Shown here piece by piece: positions 20,043 through 30,100 of a stretch of 34,974 bases of DNA; the first letter of the stretch is position 1; each line of letters starts with the position of its first letter. A model generated the notes under the pieces. That model worked only from the letters and a program-made list of their open reading frames with translations, was not told where the DNA came from and did no database searches. Made by a program: the position numbers and the translations under genes. The stretch is taken from positions 1-34,974 of the forward strand of contig NW_005434423.1 of NCBI RefSeq assembly GCF_000315625.1. Reading direction: 5' to 3'. The DNA is from Guillardia theta CCMP2712. Its lineage: Eukaryota > Protista > Cryptophyta.

Positions 20043-20801
20043 CTATTGATGAATTGCCATTGCTGCTTGTTGTTGATCCTGCGATATAAAAAAGTCTTGG
20101 AAGATCAGGGTTTGGTTGATATCAATCATGGGTATGATATCTTTCATTTTATCGTTGAAGTGCTTGGCAGCTTCCCTATATTTCATATTCAGACCATCAT
20201 AAATGTCCTCCGGGATGTTGCTGAGCTCATGCAGTGACGTCGTTAACGCCTTTTTTAGACGGTCGTGTATCGATGTTAGTTCGCCCGTTATGGTTTTCAG
20301 GCCGTCTCCTTCTCCATGGGTGCCTGTCGCTCGTGCCGCGGCCTGTTCCAGTTGATTGATGAGCGATGATGTCTTGTGCATGTTGTGCATCACGCTGTGA
20401 TCCTTCACCAGCGTGCAGAAAACCTCAGTAAAGTTTCGGAGACAGAGGTACATGTTTTTCACGCTTGCCAGCCCTGTGTCTCTTCTTGCTGCCTGGTCGT
20501 AGATAATGTACGGGGATATTATCTTGGACATTAACGTGATCCTCGACACCAGCACTCCGTGATCACCATTGTCCACAATCGCTATTTGAAAACGCGGGAG
20601 TATGTTGCTGAACGCTTCGATGGTGTCGGGGTCGTCTTCGTGTATCTCCGAACAAGCTTTCACCCACTCGTCATCGTAGTTAGATGATTGCAGCATCTCC
20701 AGCACGTCATCCTTCTTGTTGTGCAGTATGTGGTCTGAGATCAATTTCGCAATATGGTGGTATGCCATCGATGCCATCTTTCCCTCCCTGTACCTTGACA
20801 T
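20043..20801 (-). CDS. Hypothetical helical protein, relatively AT-rich; start may be ATG 20777
   Basis: 252-aa ORF convergent with the ART gene; TATTTAA on the minus strand at 20814-20808. Confidence 0.75.
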   Translation of the reverse strand: MSRYREGKMASMAYHHIAKLISDHILHNKKDDVLEMLQSSNYDDEWVKACSEIHEDDPDTIEAFSNILPRFQIAIVDNGDHGVLVSRITLMSKIISPYIIYDQAARRDTGLASVKNMYLCLRNFTEVFCTLVKDHSVMHNMHKTSSLINQLEQAAARATGTHGEGDGLKTITGELTSIHDRLKKALTTSLHELSNIPEDIYDGLNMKYREAAKHFNDKMKDIIPMIDINQTLIFQDFFISQDQQQAAMAIHQ

Positions 20802-20881
20802 TTATCCTTAAATAAGGGTGTTTTTGTGATGTATGGGTTCATTACTCTCGATCTAATTTTATTGAAACGGTACCACTCACT

Positions 20882-21559
20882 CTAGATCCCCTCCTCCTTG
20901 AACGCCATGGCGAAGTCGTTCCAGATGTCGCCCCCGATGGCGGGCGGGCGCTCGAGCTCGTCGGTCGCCCTGCGCTTGTCCCCGACCCTCGCGGCCTCGG
21001 AGCTGAAGGTCCCGTTGACGCGCTCCTTGAGCTCGTTGTTCTCGAGCCTGAGCTGGTCGAGCTCGTGGGTCTGGCGCTCGTAGAGGTTGGACGCGCACAC
21101 CATCATGCGCCACACCCCGTTGTCCTCGGCGCTGTTCTCGACAAGGCGCTTCATACCGGTGAGCAGCCTATCCTTCATGCCCTGGTCGTTGCTCTCCAGC
21201 GCGTCGCCGAACTTGGCCATGACGGTGTCGAGTACCTTCTGCATGTCGTGCCTCGTCCTCTCGCTGAGCTTGTTGTTCTTGTTCATCAGCTCCTCCATCT
21301 GCGCGCGGAGCTTCTGGTTGGCCTCCTCCAGGCTCTTGATGTGCTGCAGGACGGGGGTCATGTCGTTGAAGTTCCTGACCTCGCCCTTGGAGTCGACGAC
21401 CTTGCCCGGGCCCGGATTCCCTGGGGTCTGCGAAATGGATGACTGCTGGGTACCCTGGAAGGGCTGGCCTTGCAGGGAAGACCCCTGGAAGGAAGACCCT
21501 TGGAAGGAAGACCCCTGTAGTGCCTGCATGCCCGAATGCGTGTGGTCGCCCTCCGACAT
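20882..21559 (-). CDS. Coiled-coil protein with QGSSF repeats, basic KRR patch and amphipathic C-terminal helix (scaffold-like)
   Basis: Two heptad regions; ends GDKRRATD..DIWNDFAMAFKEEGI; TATTTAA at 21593-21587; AATAAA at 20863-20858. Confidence 0.8.
   Translation of the reverse strand: MSEGDHTHSGMQALQGSSFQGSSFQGSSLQGQPFQGTQQSSISQTPGNPGPGKVVDSKGEVRNFNDMTPVLQHIKSLEEANQKLRAQMEELMNKNNKLSERTRHDMQKVLDTVMAKFGDALESNDQGMKDRLLTGMKRLVENSAEDNGVWRMMVCASNLYERQTHELDQLRLENNELKERVNGTFSSEAARVGDKRRATDELERPPAIGGDIWNDFAMAFKEEGI
21471..21520 (-). repeat. 15-nt coding tandem repeat (QGSSF/L x3)
   Basis: GGAAGACCC(C/T)TGGAA units on the + strand. Confidence 0.85.
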
Positions 21560-21579
21560 CTCTCCTGGCGTGCGATCAC

Positions 21580-21593
21580 TTTATTCTTAAATA
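21580..21593 (-). promoter_or_regulatory. Abutting TATTTAA promoter box and AATAAA poly(A) signal
   Basis: The minus strand reads TATTTAAGAATAAA in the 48-bp intergenic gap. Confidence 0.6.
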
Positions 21594-21607
21594 TACCACC
21601 TAGCCCG

Positions 21608-22541
21608 CTACGTTGCTCTACCGCCCGCGGGAACCCGTCTCGCGTCCGCTTCCTCTTCTTCTTCTTCCTGTCTTGAATCCCTCCTGACTTCGCACTCCAC
21701 CAGACCCTTCCGGATCCCGGTGCTAACGGAGGCTCTAGGCCGCTGGGGGCGGAAGGACTGGATCACGAGCGTCACGCCGCCGCGGCAGCGTATCTCTTGC
21801 AAAGGCTCCAGCGAGATGCTCTGCGCCTCCCGCACCACCTCCCTCTCGTTCTCCGTCCTCCTCCGCGGCTTGAAGCCCACATGGAAGAGGGAGTAGCTGG
21901 ACTCAAAGAAGTTCCCCGGCGCGGCCCGCACGGGCCAGAACATCAGGTCACCCTGCAGCTGGCTCAGCGGGGTGGCACGGCGGTCCCGCTGCAGGCCCAG
22001 CGCCGCGAACACGTTGTCCTCCACCCCTCCCGTCCTCTCCGACCTGCGGTTCTCCCCGAAGACCCTCACCTCCAGGTTGGTCCTCCTTCCCGGCCTCCTC
22101 CCCGGCGTTCTTCCCGGCATCATTCCCGGCATCCTTCCCGACATCCTTCCTGATGCGCTCCTTGGTGAAGTTCTTCCCGCCCTCTTTTGTAGCCGTGTGC
22201 CTCCCGCCAGACCTCTCCACCCGGTACATCACGTCGAACCTGCGCGCCTCCTCCAGCATGTCGAGGATCGCCTCCCCCGCGTCCGACCACCCGCGGCGCA
22301 CCAGCGGAGTCACCCGTTCGCACTTCTCGCACCACGCGACCACACCCGGGCACAGCCCCTTCTCCAGGCGGTCGCTGGCCATCGACAGGATCCTCTTCCT
22401 GGCATCCGCCGCATTGAGGGGGCTGACTCCGCCGTCCAGCGCAGGGACCTGCATGAATATCTTCATCGAGATCGGTTTTTCTATCCATCCCTCGGGAGGG
22501 TCGTCCACCTCTCCCCACTTGCAGCACAGGCACTCGCGCAT
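21608..22541 (-). CDS. Probable single gene (~310 aa) split by a +1 frameshift near 22079; possibly degenerate CYTH/triphosphate-tunnel-like
   Basis: GC3 bias follows ORF 21948..22541 up to ...AGKED, then switches to ORF 21608..22144 (NLEVRVFGE...LVECEV); AATAAA at 21585-21580. Confidence 0.6.
22084..22152 (-). repeat. 12-nt coding tandem repeat (GKDA-like x5-6)
   Basis: Minus strand gggaaggatgcc-like units encoding GKDA GNDA GKNA GEEA GKED. Confidence 0.85.
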
Positions 22542-22609
22542 GTTGTCTGGGGTGCGCTCCCGTTTCCCGCGCTTTTTGTAGCCCTCGCTAAAAAAAAGAA
22601 AAAAAATTA

Positions 22610-24064
22610 ATGGCAGCCCCAGAATCGACCCGACCGCACCCCCCTCCTATTAACGCTCCTGTTGGAAGCACCCCGGAGATGGAAGAGGCGAAGCGGGAGA
22701 AGCAGCTGGCGAAGGACCGTGCGAGGGAACGGATCGCGGCGATGGAGAACCAGAGCACGGCGGACGACCGGATCAACCGTACCTTCGAGCTGTACCCTCT
22801 GACGAGAGACGAGCAGGACACCTGTGCGGCGCTGCTGGAGCCGTGCAAGCACACTTCCCTCCTTGTGATGCCGACGCACCGGATCAACGAGCTGGGGGAG
22901 TTCCAGGGCTTCCGCTTCAACGCCGGGACCCACGTTTCCGCGGGGATCCTGCCGATCTCGAGGAAGATGTTCTTCGGGACGACGATGACGGAGTGCATCT
23001 CCCCGGGGGGTGTCCAGAGTGAGCAGGGCATCAACCACAAGGCGATCGAGCTACTTTCAGATCTTCAGTCATGTAGAGAACGAATGCAGCGGGTCCTGCA
23101 AAAGATCCAAGAAGAATCGATGCATAGCAAGGCTTCCTTCCAGTGCATGCCGGTCAATGCCTACGGGGCGCACGAGGAGGGCGACGCCTACCTCTCCGAC
23201 TTCCGGAGGTACGCAGACTCCAAGTACTGGGCGCCCGAGCCCCCGGACTTCGTCGGCATCTACCACGGCTTCACCCGCGGCTTCATCAACGACATCCGTG
23301 AGCACAAGCTCTACATCGTCTGCTCCGGCGGCCTGAACTACGCCTCCCACGACTTCTACAACATGATCCTCGACATTGGGGACAGCGTCACGGCGGGGGA
23401 CGTGTACGAGAGCGAGGAGGTGCACTGGCTCCGGAAGGCGTCGCAGCGCTCCCGGTGCAAGATCATCAAGGCCGTCGCCGACGAGTTCGGGCTCGACATC
23501 CCCGTCCAGCTCGACACCCACGAGCACTCCACCCGCGGCAGCCACGTCGCCGTCCCCACCACGGAGACCCTCCACCACGACATCCAGAGGACCGCCAGGG
23601 ACGTCGTCTCCGTCTACAACCACGCCTGCAACACCGAGGCGGCGGAGAACGGCGTCCTCTGCCCCATGCACCCCTGCGAGGGCGTCTGGCTCTTCCAGGG
23701 GCCCAGGGTCAACTGCAACGGCTACCAGTCCTACGGGTCCGGGTTCGGCTCGCAGTTCATCTGCGGCGCGTTCCCCACGGGGTCGTACCCCATCGCAAGG
23801 ATGCGAAGGAACGTCAAGGGCTTCTACGAGACGCGGAAGGACCCCGTGAAGGTCTCCGCCATCTCCATGGAGATCTTCCAGCAGAACGTCGTGACGGTGC
23901 CGGGGAGCATGTTCGAGATCGAGCACCAGGCGAACCAGAACCTCGAGCTCAACCTCGAGTACTTCTCCTTCGACGAGCCCTTCATGAAGAACCTCGAGGC
24001 CATGCAGTGGAACAGGGACAACGGTGTGGTCGAGCTCATGCCGATCATTGTGGGGCTGGGGTGA
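22610..24064 (+). CDS. Divergent RtcB-fold protein, probably catalytically degenerate; start may be ATG 22679
   Basis: Ordered motif echoes: VMPTH (MPDxH), LYIVCSGG (xMIHSGSRG), LHHDI (xHN), YNHAC (HRKGAT), VLCPMHPCEGVWLFQG (VIIPGSMGxxSYxxxG), FPTGS (HGAGR), VVELMPIIVGLG-stop (VxxLxPxxxxKG-stop). Confidence 0.65.
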   Translation: MAAPESTRPHPPPINAPVGSTPEMEEAKREKQLAKDRARERIAAMENQSTADDRINRTFELYPLTRDEQDTCAALLEPCKHTSLLVMPTHRINELGEFQGFRFNAGTHVSAGILPISRKMFFGTTMTECISPGGVQSEQGINHKAIELLSDLQSCRERMQRVLQKIQEESMHSKASFQCMPVNAYGAHEEGDAYLSDFRRYADSKYWAPEPPDFVGIYHGFTRGFINDIREHKLYIVCSGGLNYASHDFYNMILDIGDSVTAGDVYESEEVHWLRKASQRSRCKIIKAVADEFGLDIPVQLDTHEHSTRGSHVAVPTTETLHHDIQRTARDVVSVYNHACNTEAAENGVLCPMHPCEGVWLFQGPRVNCNGYQSYGSGFGSQFICGAFPTGSYPIARMRRNVKGFYETRKDPVKVSAISMEIFQQNVVTVPGSMFEIEHQANQNLELNLEYFSFDEPFMKNLEAMQWNRDNGVVELMPIIVGLG

Positions 24065-24104
24065 TCGGGTAACTTATCTACACGATTTATAAGAAAGGCT
24101 TTAT

Positions 24105-27089
24105 TCAGTTATTATTGGTGAGGATATAGAGCGTCTGCCCCGACCACAGGTCGATGAACACCACCCCAATCCTCAGCGAGAGCATGTCATGCACGGGAAG
24201 CCCGATAGAGTACACCAGAGCGTCGGTGAAGCCGAAAGAGAGGTAACCACCCACGAGGTTCAGCGCCCCGCACACCCCTGACCCCATCCTTCTCTGAAGG
24301 ACGCTGCGCAGCGTGTTGGAGGTGCCGAGCATGACATCACGGAAGGAGGTGCTCCCCGGCGTGTATCCAGAGGCGCAGGTGCAGAGCGCGGGGTCGACGG
24401 TCCCAGAGGGAGAGACGGTGTTGTTCGGGCAAGGGTTGCACACGCTCCCCATGAACATCTCGATGGTCCAAGGGGAGATCTGCCCGGATGGGTTCTGGCC
24501 AATCACCCGGAAGCACTGCACATCCACGAGGTTCATAGCAATGCTGTAGGACCACGCCCCGGAGCCGGACTGGGAGTATAGGTTGTAGAAACTCTCGCAT
24601 GTCTCGCAGTCCGTACATTCCGAACCCAGCACTTCCACAGTTTCAAAGGATGCGGCTGTGAAGCTCGAGGCATATAGAAGGATGTCCGAATGCGTCTCGA
24701 TCTCCACCGTACATATGGAGAAACGCGAGTCAGTACCCCCCTGTATGACGATCTTGGACCCCACTGCTATCGCCGTGGCCGTGCAAGAACCCGTGGCGGT
24801 CACAACCGGACCCCGCGTGCTGGCGTCCTGCTTAAAAGTGTTCGGGCTGCACGCAACGCAGCTCGAACCAGAGAGGTAGTACCCAGGCGCGCAGGCACAG
24901 CGGTCGGGGTCCGAGGCAGAAAAGGCCGCGCGGTTCCAGCGGTTCGGGCCGCAGGCGACGCAATCGTTCCCACTCTGGTACGTCCCCGCGGGGCACGGCT
25001 TGCACACCCCATCTTTGACCCGAATGTAGCCTTCGCAACACGGCGCCGCCTCCCCGGAGTTCCTTCCCAGCGGACAGGGCAGGCACGGCCCGCCGTCGTT
25101 CACGGGCTGGTACGTCCCCGACCCGCAGGGGGAGCAGGCCGCCACCCCGTTGGAGGTGAAGCCGAGAGGGCAGCTGAAGCAGAAGGACGCCCCCGTCATG
25201 AGCTGGTAGGTGCCGGCGGGGCAGTCGATGCAGCCCTCTGGGATGACGGTAGACACCGACGGGGTGATGGAGGTGAGGGAAGGGCCGTACTTCCCGGCGG
25301 GGCACGCAAGGCACCCGTACCAGTCACCACCAGGGCATGAAGGGCAGTACCCCGCCCCCGCCGCAATGTACAGCCCGGGCTTGCAAGCCAGAGTGCAGGT
25401 GGACCGGTCCGCCAGGAAGTTGGTCGAGGTGCAGCTCAGACACATGTCCTGGGAGTAGGTCTCCGGGCCGCAGCTCAGCTGGTAGTAGCCCGCCGGACAG
25501 CTCAGCTCCCCCTGATCGACGGAGACGGACTCGGCGGCGCAGTGCTCGCACGTGGTCCTCCCCGTGCTGAAGGTCCACGTGCCCGCCCAGCAGTCCAGGC
25601 ACACCGACTGGCCGACCTGCTGGTTGTACTTGCCTAGCGGGCACGGCAGGCAGCTCGCCTGGCCCGCGCTCCCCTGGTACGTCCCCACCCCGCACTGGTC
25701 GCAGATGACCTGCCCCGCGCTCGGCTGCCTCTGCCCGACCGCACAGTTGGTGCAGGTGCTGGCACCCGAGATGATCGAGATCTTGCCCACCGCACAGTTA
25801 TCGCAAAAAGACCGCCCCGTGTACTGCTGGAACTTACCGGGGGTGCAGGCCGTGCAAGTGGTCGGGCCACTGGTGATCAGGAAGCACTCCTTGGGAGAGC
25901 CAGGGCAGGGATCTCCGAACACGGAGTTAAGGCACTCTATTATCCCAAAGCGCGAATCGGATGTCACCGTCCTCACTATATTGCACGACGGGTTGCTGAC
26001 GCTCTGGTACCGAATAGTGTAGACGGTGTTTAGACTCAGGTACGCGCAAGCCCAGCCTTCCGATGCACACACATAACCCGACGACTCACTGTACTGCCCC
26101 GCCGGGCAGGTGATGCAGGACGACGCGCCCGCCGAAGAGTACGACCCGGCGGAGCACATGTTGCAGTACGACTGCCCGGCGCTCCCCTGATAGAATCCCG
26201 CAGTGCAGTCCGTGCAGACCGTCAGTCCCGTGCTCGCGGCGATCTTGCCCGCGGGGCAGCTGGTACAAGAGCCCAAGCCTTGCACACCAGTGTACGTCCC
26301 GACGCTGCACGAGGTGCACACGCTGGCCCCGGAGAGGCTGTACTTCCCCGCATCGCACAGCTTGTACGTGTCCTTGCTCGTCTCATCCTGGTACGATCCG
26401 GCGGGCACGTTGCTGCAGACCCTGTTCTCCGTCACGAGGTTCAGGGTGAAGACAAACCCTGGGGGAGGGTCAACGATCCTCACGCTGTCGGGCCTCAGCT
26501 CCTGGCAGCCGCTGGTCTCGTACGTGCCCGTGCCGCAGGTGGTGCATGCCGTGCACACGGGTGCCGTGCTGGGCCCGCAGTCCGAAAGGTATTTGTCCGA
26601 GGTGCAGGGGTAATTGAAGCAGCTTGCGCAGACCCGGTTTTGCGTGACAGCCCCCTGCTTACAACCCGTGGACTCGTATTGCGTCAGGTCGCACGTAGTG
26701 CAGGCAATGCAGCTCCCGATGTTGCCATTCCCGCACCCGCTCAGGTACGTGTCACCCGAGCACGACAGGCTCGAGCAACTCCCGCACACCGTGTTGGCCG
26801 TGTCGGTGCAGCTAGATGCCGTGTATTGCCCAGCGGAGCACGAGGTGCAGATTATACAAGAGGAAACCGCGCTAAACCAGAAAAATCCCGAGTTGCACTC
26901 ACAGGAAACTGAATAGATGCCCAATAAAACTTGCACTCGTGATATTTCAAAGGAGCCCGATGGGCAGCAAGTTTGGCCTACAGTACACACTACAGTGAAC
27001 CGATACCCCGCATGGCAGTGACCCACCAACAAACAGAGCAAAAAAACAGCGAAACATTCACGAACCCACACCATCCATTTCATCCGCAT
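24105..27089 (-). CDS. Secreted Cys-rich repeat protein (TNFR-like and GCC2_GCC3-like repeats) with small lectin-like insert; C-terminal domain appears truncated
   Basis: Signal peptide CFAVFLLCLLVGHCHA; CxxCxAGxYQ repeats; CLNSVFGDPCPGSPKEC insert; TATTAAA at 27111-27105; AATAAA overlaps the stop. Confidence 0.9.
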   Translation of the reverse strand: MRMKWMVWVRECFAVFLLCLLVGHCHAGYRFTVVCTVGQTCCPSGSFEISRVQVLLGIYSVSCECNSGFFWFSAVSSCIICTSCSAGQYTASSCTDTANTVCGSCSSLSCSGDTYLSGCGNGNIGSCIACTTCDLTQYESTGCKQGAVTQNRVCASCFNYPCTSDKYLSDCGPSTAPVCTACTTCGTGTYETSGCQELRPDSVRIVDPPPGFVFTLNLVTENRVCSNVPAGSYQDETSKDTYKLCDAGKYSLSGASVCTSCSVGTYTGVQGLGSCTSCPAGKIAASTGLTVCTDCTAGFYQGSAGQSYCNMCSAGSYSSAGASSCITCPAGQYSESSGYVCASEGWACAYLSLNTVYTIRYQSVSNPSCNIVRTVTSDSRFGIIECLNSVFGDPCPGSPKECFLITSGPTTCTACTPGKFQQYTGRSFCDNCAVGKISIISGASTCTNCAVGQRQPSAGQVICDQCGVGTYQGSAGQASCLPCPLGKYNQQVGQSVCLDCWAGTWTFSTGRTTCEHCAAESVSVDQGELSCPAGYYQLSCGPETYSQDMCLSCTSTNFLADRSTCTLACKPGLYIAAGAGYCPSCPGGDWYGCLACPAGKYGPSLTSITPSVSTVIPEGCIDCPAGTYQLMTGASFCFSCPLGFTSNGVAACSPCGSGTYQPVNDGGPCLPCPLGRNSGEAAPCCEGYIRVKDGVCKPCPAGTYQSGNDCVACGPNRWNRAAFSASDPDRCACAPGYYLSGSSCVACSPNTFKQDASTRGPVVTATGSCTATAIAVGSKIVIQGGTDSRFSICTVEIETHSDILLYASSFTAASFETVEVLGSECTDCETCESFYNLYSQSGSGAWSYSIAMNLVDVQCFRVIGQNPSGQISPWTIEMFMGSVCNPCPNNTVSPSGTVDPALCTCASGYTPGSTSFRDVMLGTSNTLRSVLQRRMGSGVCGALNLVGGYLSFGFTDALVYSIGLPVHDMLSLRIGVVFIDLWSGQTLYILTNNN

Positions 27090-27128
27090 ACCCGAAACAA
27101 TGTCTTTAATAACAGTCTATACCACCAA

Positions 27129-30100
27129 TCATGCCCTCAGCACCTCGCAATAGAAGCCATCCACGCACGGCACGCACTCTCCGTCGACATCGTAGAACCC
27201 CGGCTCACACGCGCAGCCCTGCGGCAGGCTCGTGTTCACCCTGGAGCGGCGCAGCAGCGCGCAATCGTAGCAAGTAGAGAGCCCCGCCCTGTCGTTGTAC
27301 GTGCCGGGTTCGCACTGCAGGCAGCGTTCTGCCCCAAAGGTGTCCGAGTAGGTCCCGGGCCCGCAGTCCGGGCATCCGCCGGCGTCGCCGAACTGCTTGC
27401 GCTTGCCCGGGATGCAGGCCAGGCAGAAGGTCGAACCGGGAGGGGAGAAGGTGCCGTAGGGGCAGGGGGTGCAGCTCGCAGAGAGACCGATAGAAAAGGT
27501 GTCGGCGGGGCACGGCGAAAGGCAGGCACCAGAGAGGTCGGCAGCGCAGGAGGTTGATCCGGTGAGGGAGGACTGGCCGTCGCTGCAGGGGATGCATCGG
27601 TCGGACTTTTCCGGAGAGTAAGTCCCCGAGTTGCAGATGTACACACAGGAGCCATTCCATGGCGGCACGATGTCGATCTCCGGGACAGAGGAGCAGCGCT
27701 TTGACCCATCGGTGTCGGTGATTGTATGGCTTGTTGGTGGGCAGTCCTCACAGGAAACTACACCGTCAATGTAACGAAGTCCACCCGGGCATTGCACGGG
27801 GATATCCTCCAGTGGTATGCAGTAACCCGCCGAAAAACCACCACAACCAGTGCGTATCGCCGTACCAGAGCACTCTGCACAGACCGTGCAGACGCCAGGA
27901 GAATCTGTGCTACACCCCTGGTTGTATGTACCCAGAGGACACGAGGTGCAGCTCTGGCAGGTGCCCGGACCAAACCTGCCGCATCCCACCCTGTATTCTT
28001 CAACACCGCATTCCACACACGCCTCGCAGGCGCTCTGGCAATCCCTCCTGAACTGGCCGGCCGGGCACTCCGCGCACAGCTCGCAAGTACCCGGCGACGC
28101 CCCCCCACACCCAACCCTGGTCTCGAACAGAGCGCAGGAGGTACAGGGAGCGCATACCCCGTCCTGGTTCCCCCCGCACCCCGCTGCGTACTCGCCAGAA
28201 GGGCACGACTTACAGGTGGTGCAAACCCCGGCCGAAATCCCACCACACCCATTCGCGTACTGGCCGGGAGAGCACCTGTCACAGCTCTCGCACGTCCCAG
28301 GGCTGGTGTAGGTGCAGCCGGCGCGGTAGGTACCAGAAGGGCAGGATCCACAGGGGAGACATTCTCCGATGCTCGAGCCCCGGCATCCGCTGAGGTACTG
28401 ACCGGAGGGGCACTGGTTGGAAGGACACGCCACACAAGCCCCTGAGCTGTCATCAGAGCACCCGCTCCTGTAGAAATCCGGAGCGCAGGGAGGGCATCTG
28501 TCGCAGCTACCTAAAACGACCCTGTTCTCAACTCCATATACGCCATCATCGGGATGATACCACGGTATTCCACTGGATTGCCAACCGCTGGCGCTTGGCA
28601 CCGAATAGTACACGCTCAATGTGCTGCCCCCATAGTTTTCACTGAATTGGATCCTGATGGGATAGTATGTTTTCGCATGCAAGTAGATGTGCCCATAACT
28701 TGACTGTGCTGCATGCACCCCTCCATTGTTCACCACCATCACGTATTCACCGTCGGATTTGATCCACAGGTAGCTCTCGTCGTCGCTGTTCGTGTAAAAA
28801 TCGTATCTGCCTCCATAGCTGCCAGTGTAGAGATAACCCTTGTATTCCACAGAGAACAGGTCTCCCGTTGTCCACAAGTTCAGTATCTCGGTGTGCACAC
28901 CAGAATCCACCACGGTGCCAGAATACGTGCCATATGACCCCGTCCATTTGTTCCAGGCAAGACCATAACTCACTCCGGAAAGTTTGAAGTAGTATCCTTC
29001 GCAGCACGCAGATCCTTCCGACGAGGTGGTCCCCGAGGGGCAGGGATAGCAGAAGGACTGCCTTGGAACAGCCTGGTAAGTCCCTGCAGGGCACTGCTGA
29101 CAGACCCCGGGCGACGTCAGGTAATTTCCGGCCGGGCAATCCGAGCAGAAGGTCTGGGTGACGCTGCTGGCAAAGGTACCAGTCGGGCAGTCCTCACACC
29201 AATAATAGTTATGCTCTGTGTTGTACCGACTGAACATTCCCGGAGGACAGGCAACACAGGTCTGCGACGAGTCGTTGAATCTCTGCCCCTGTGGGCACGT
29301 CCTGCACGCAAAGTCCCCCGAAAGAGAGAAGGATCCGGTAGGGCACGGCTTGCAGTAGTACATGCTGGATGACACCTCGTACTTCAAACACGCAGATGGG
29401 ACCACCGAACCTCCTGGCTCGTACGCCGCGTAATAACCCGGCCTGCACTGACACGCATAGAGCATCACACCGTTGAGGTTCTGTGCAAGGGTTTGGCTTT
29501 CCAGTGACAAGTCAACACAGAAGGACGTGAAGGCCTTCATGCACGAACCCTCCTCTACCCAACGGAACACGTTGTTACTCGATACTTTGTACAACCCAGC
29601 GTTGAAGAAATCCAATTGGTTTGCATGCATACTTACACAAGAGAGCGCTGTAGTGCCATAAGCAGTGAGATCAACATAGTTCGAAGATGTACAGAAAGAT
29701 CCCGCCGTGCATGTCCCAGAGACCGAGTATCTGTTATAAGTAAATCCCTGGACACAGGATGCAACACAGGACGTACCCACAACTATCTGCTCGGCAGTGC
29801 AAGAGGTACACACCGTTGAACCAGCCGCGGAGTAGCTATTCGGGGGGCAATCCAGGCAGACCTCGTTGGTCGTATCGGAGTACTTTCCGCCCGGACATTG
29901 CGTGCAGGTGCCAGTGACCGGGTTCGAGCCAGACGTCCACGTCCATTCGTAACCGGGACAGCAGATAGCAGACGTGTAAGAGTTCGACACTGGTCCCGAG
30001 CAGGTTAGACACAAAGAAGATCCCTGTGTCGGCTGGTAAGACCCCGCCCCGCAGGCAGTGCAGGAAGTCCTCCCTACGTTCGGCTGGTGCATGCCCCTGG

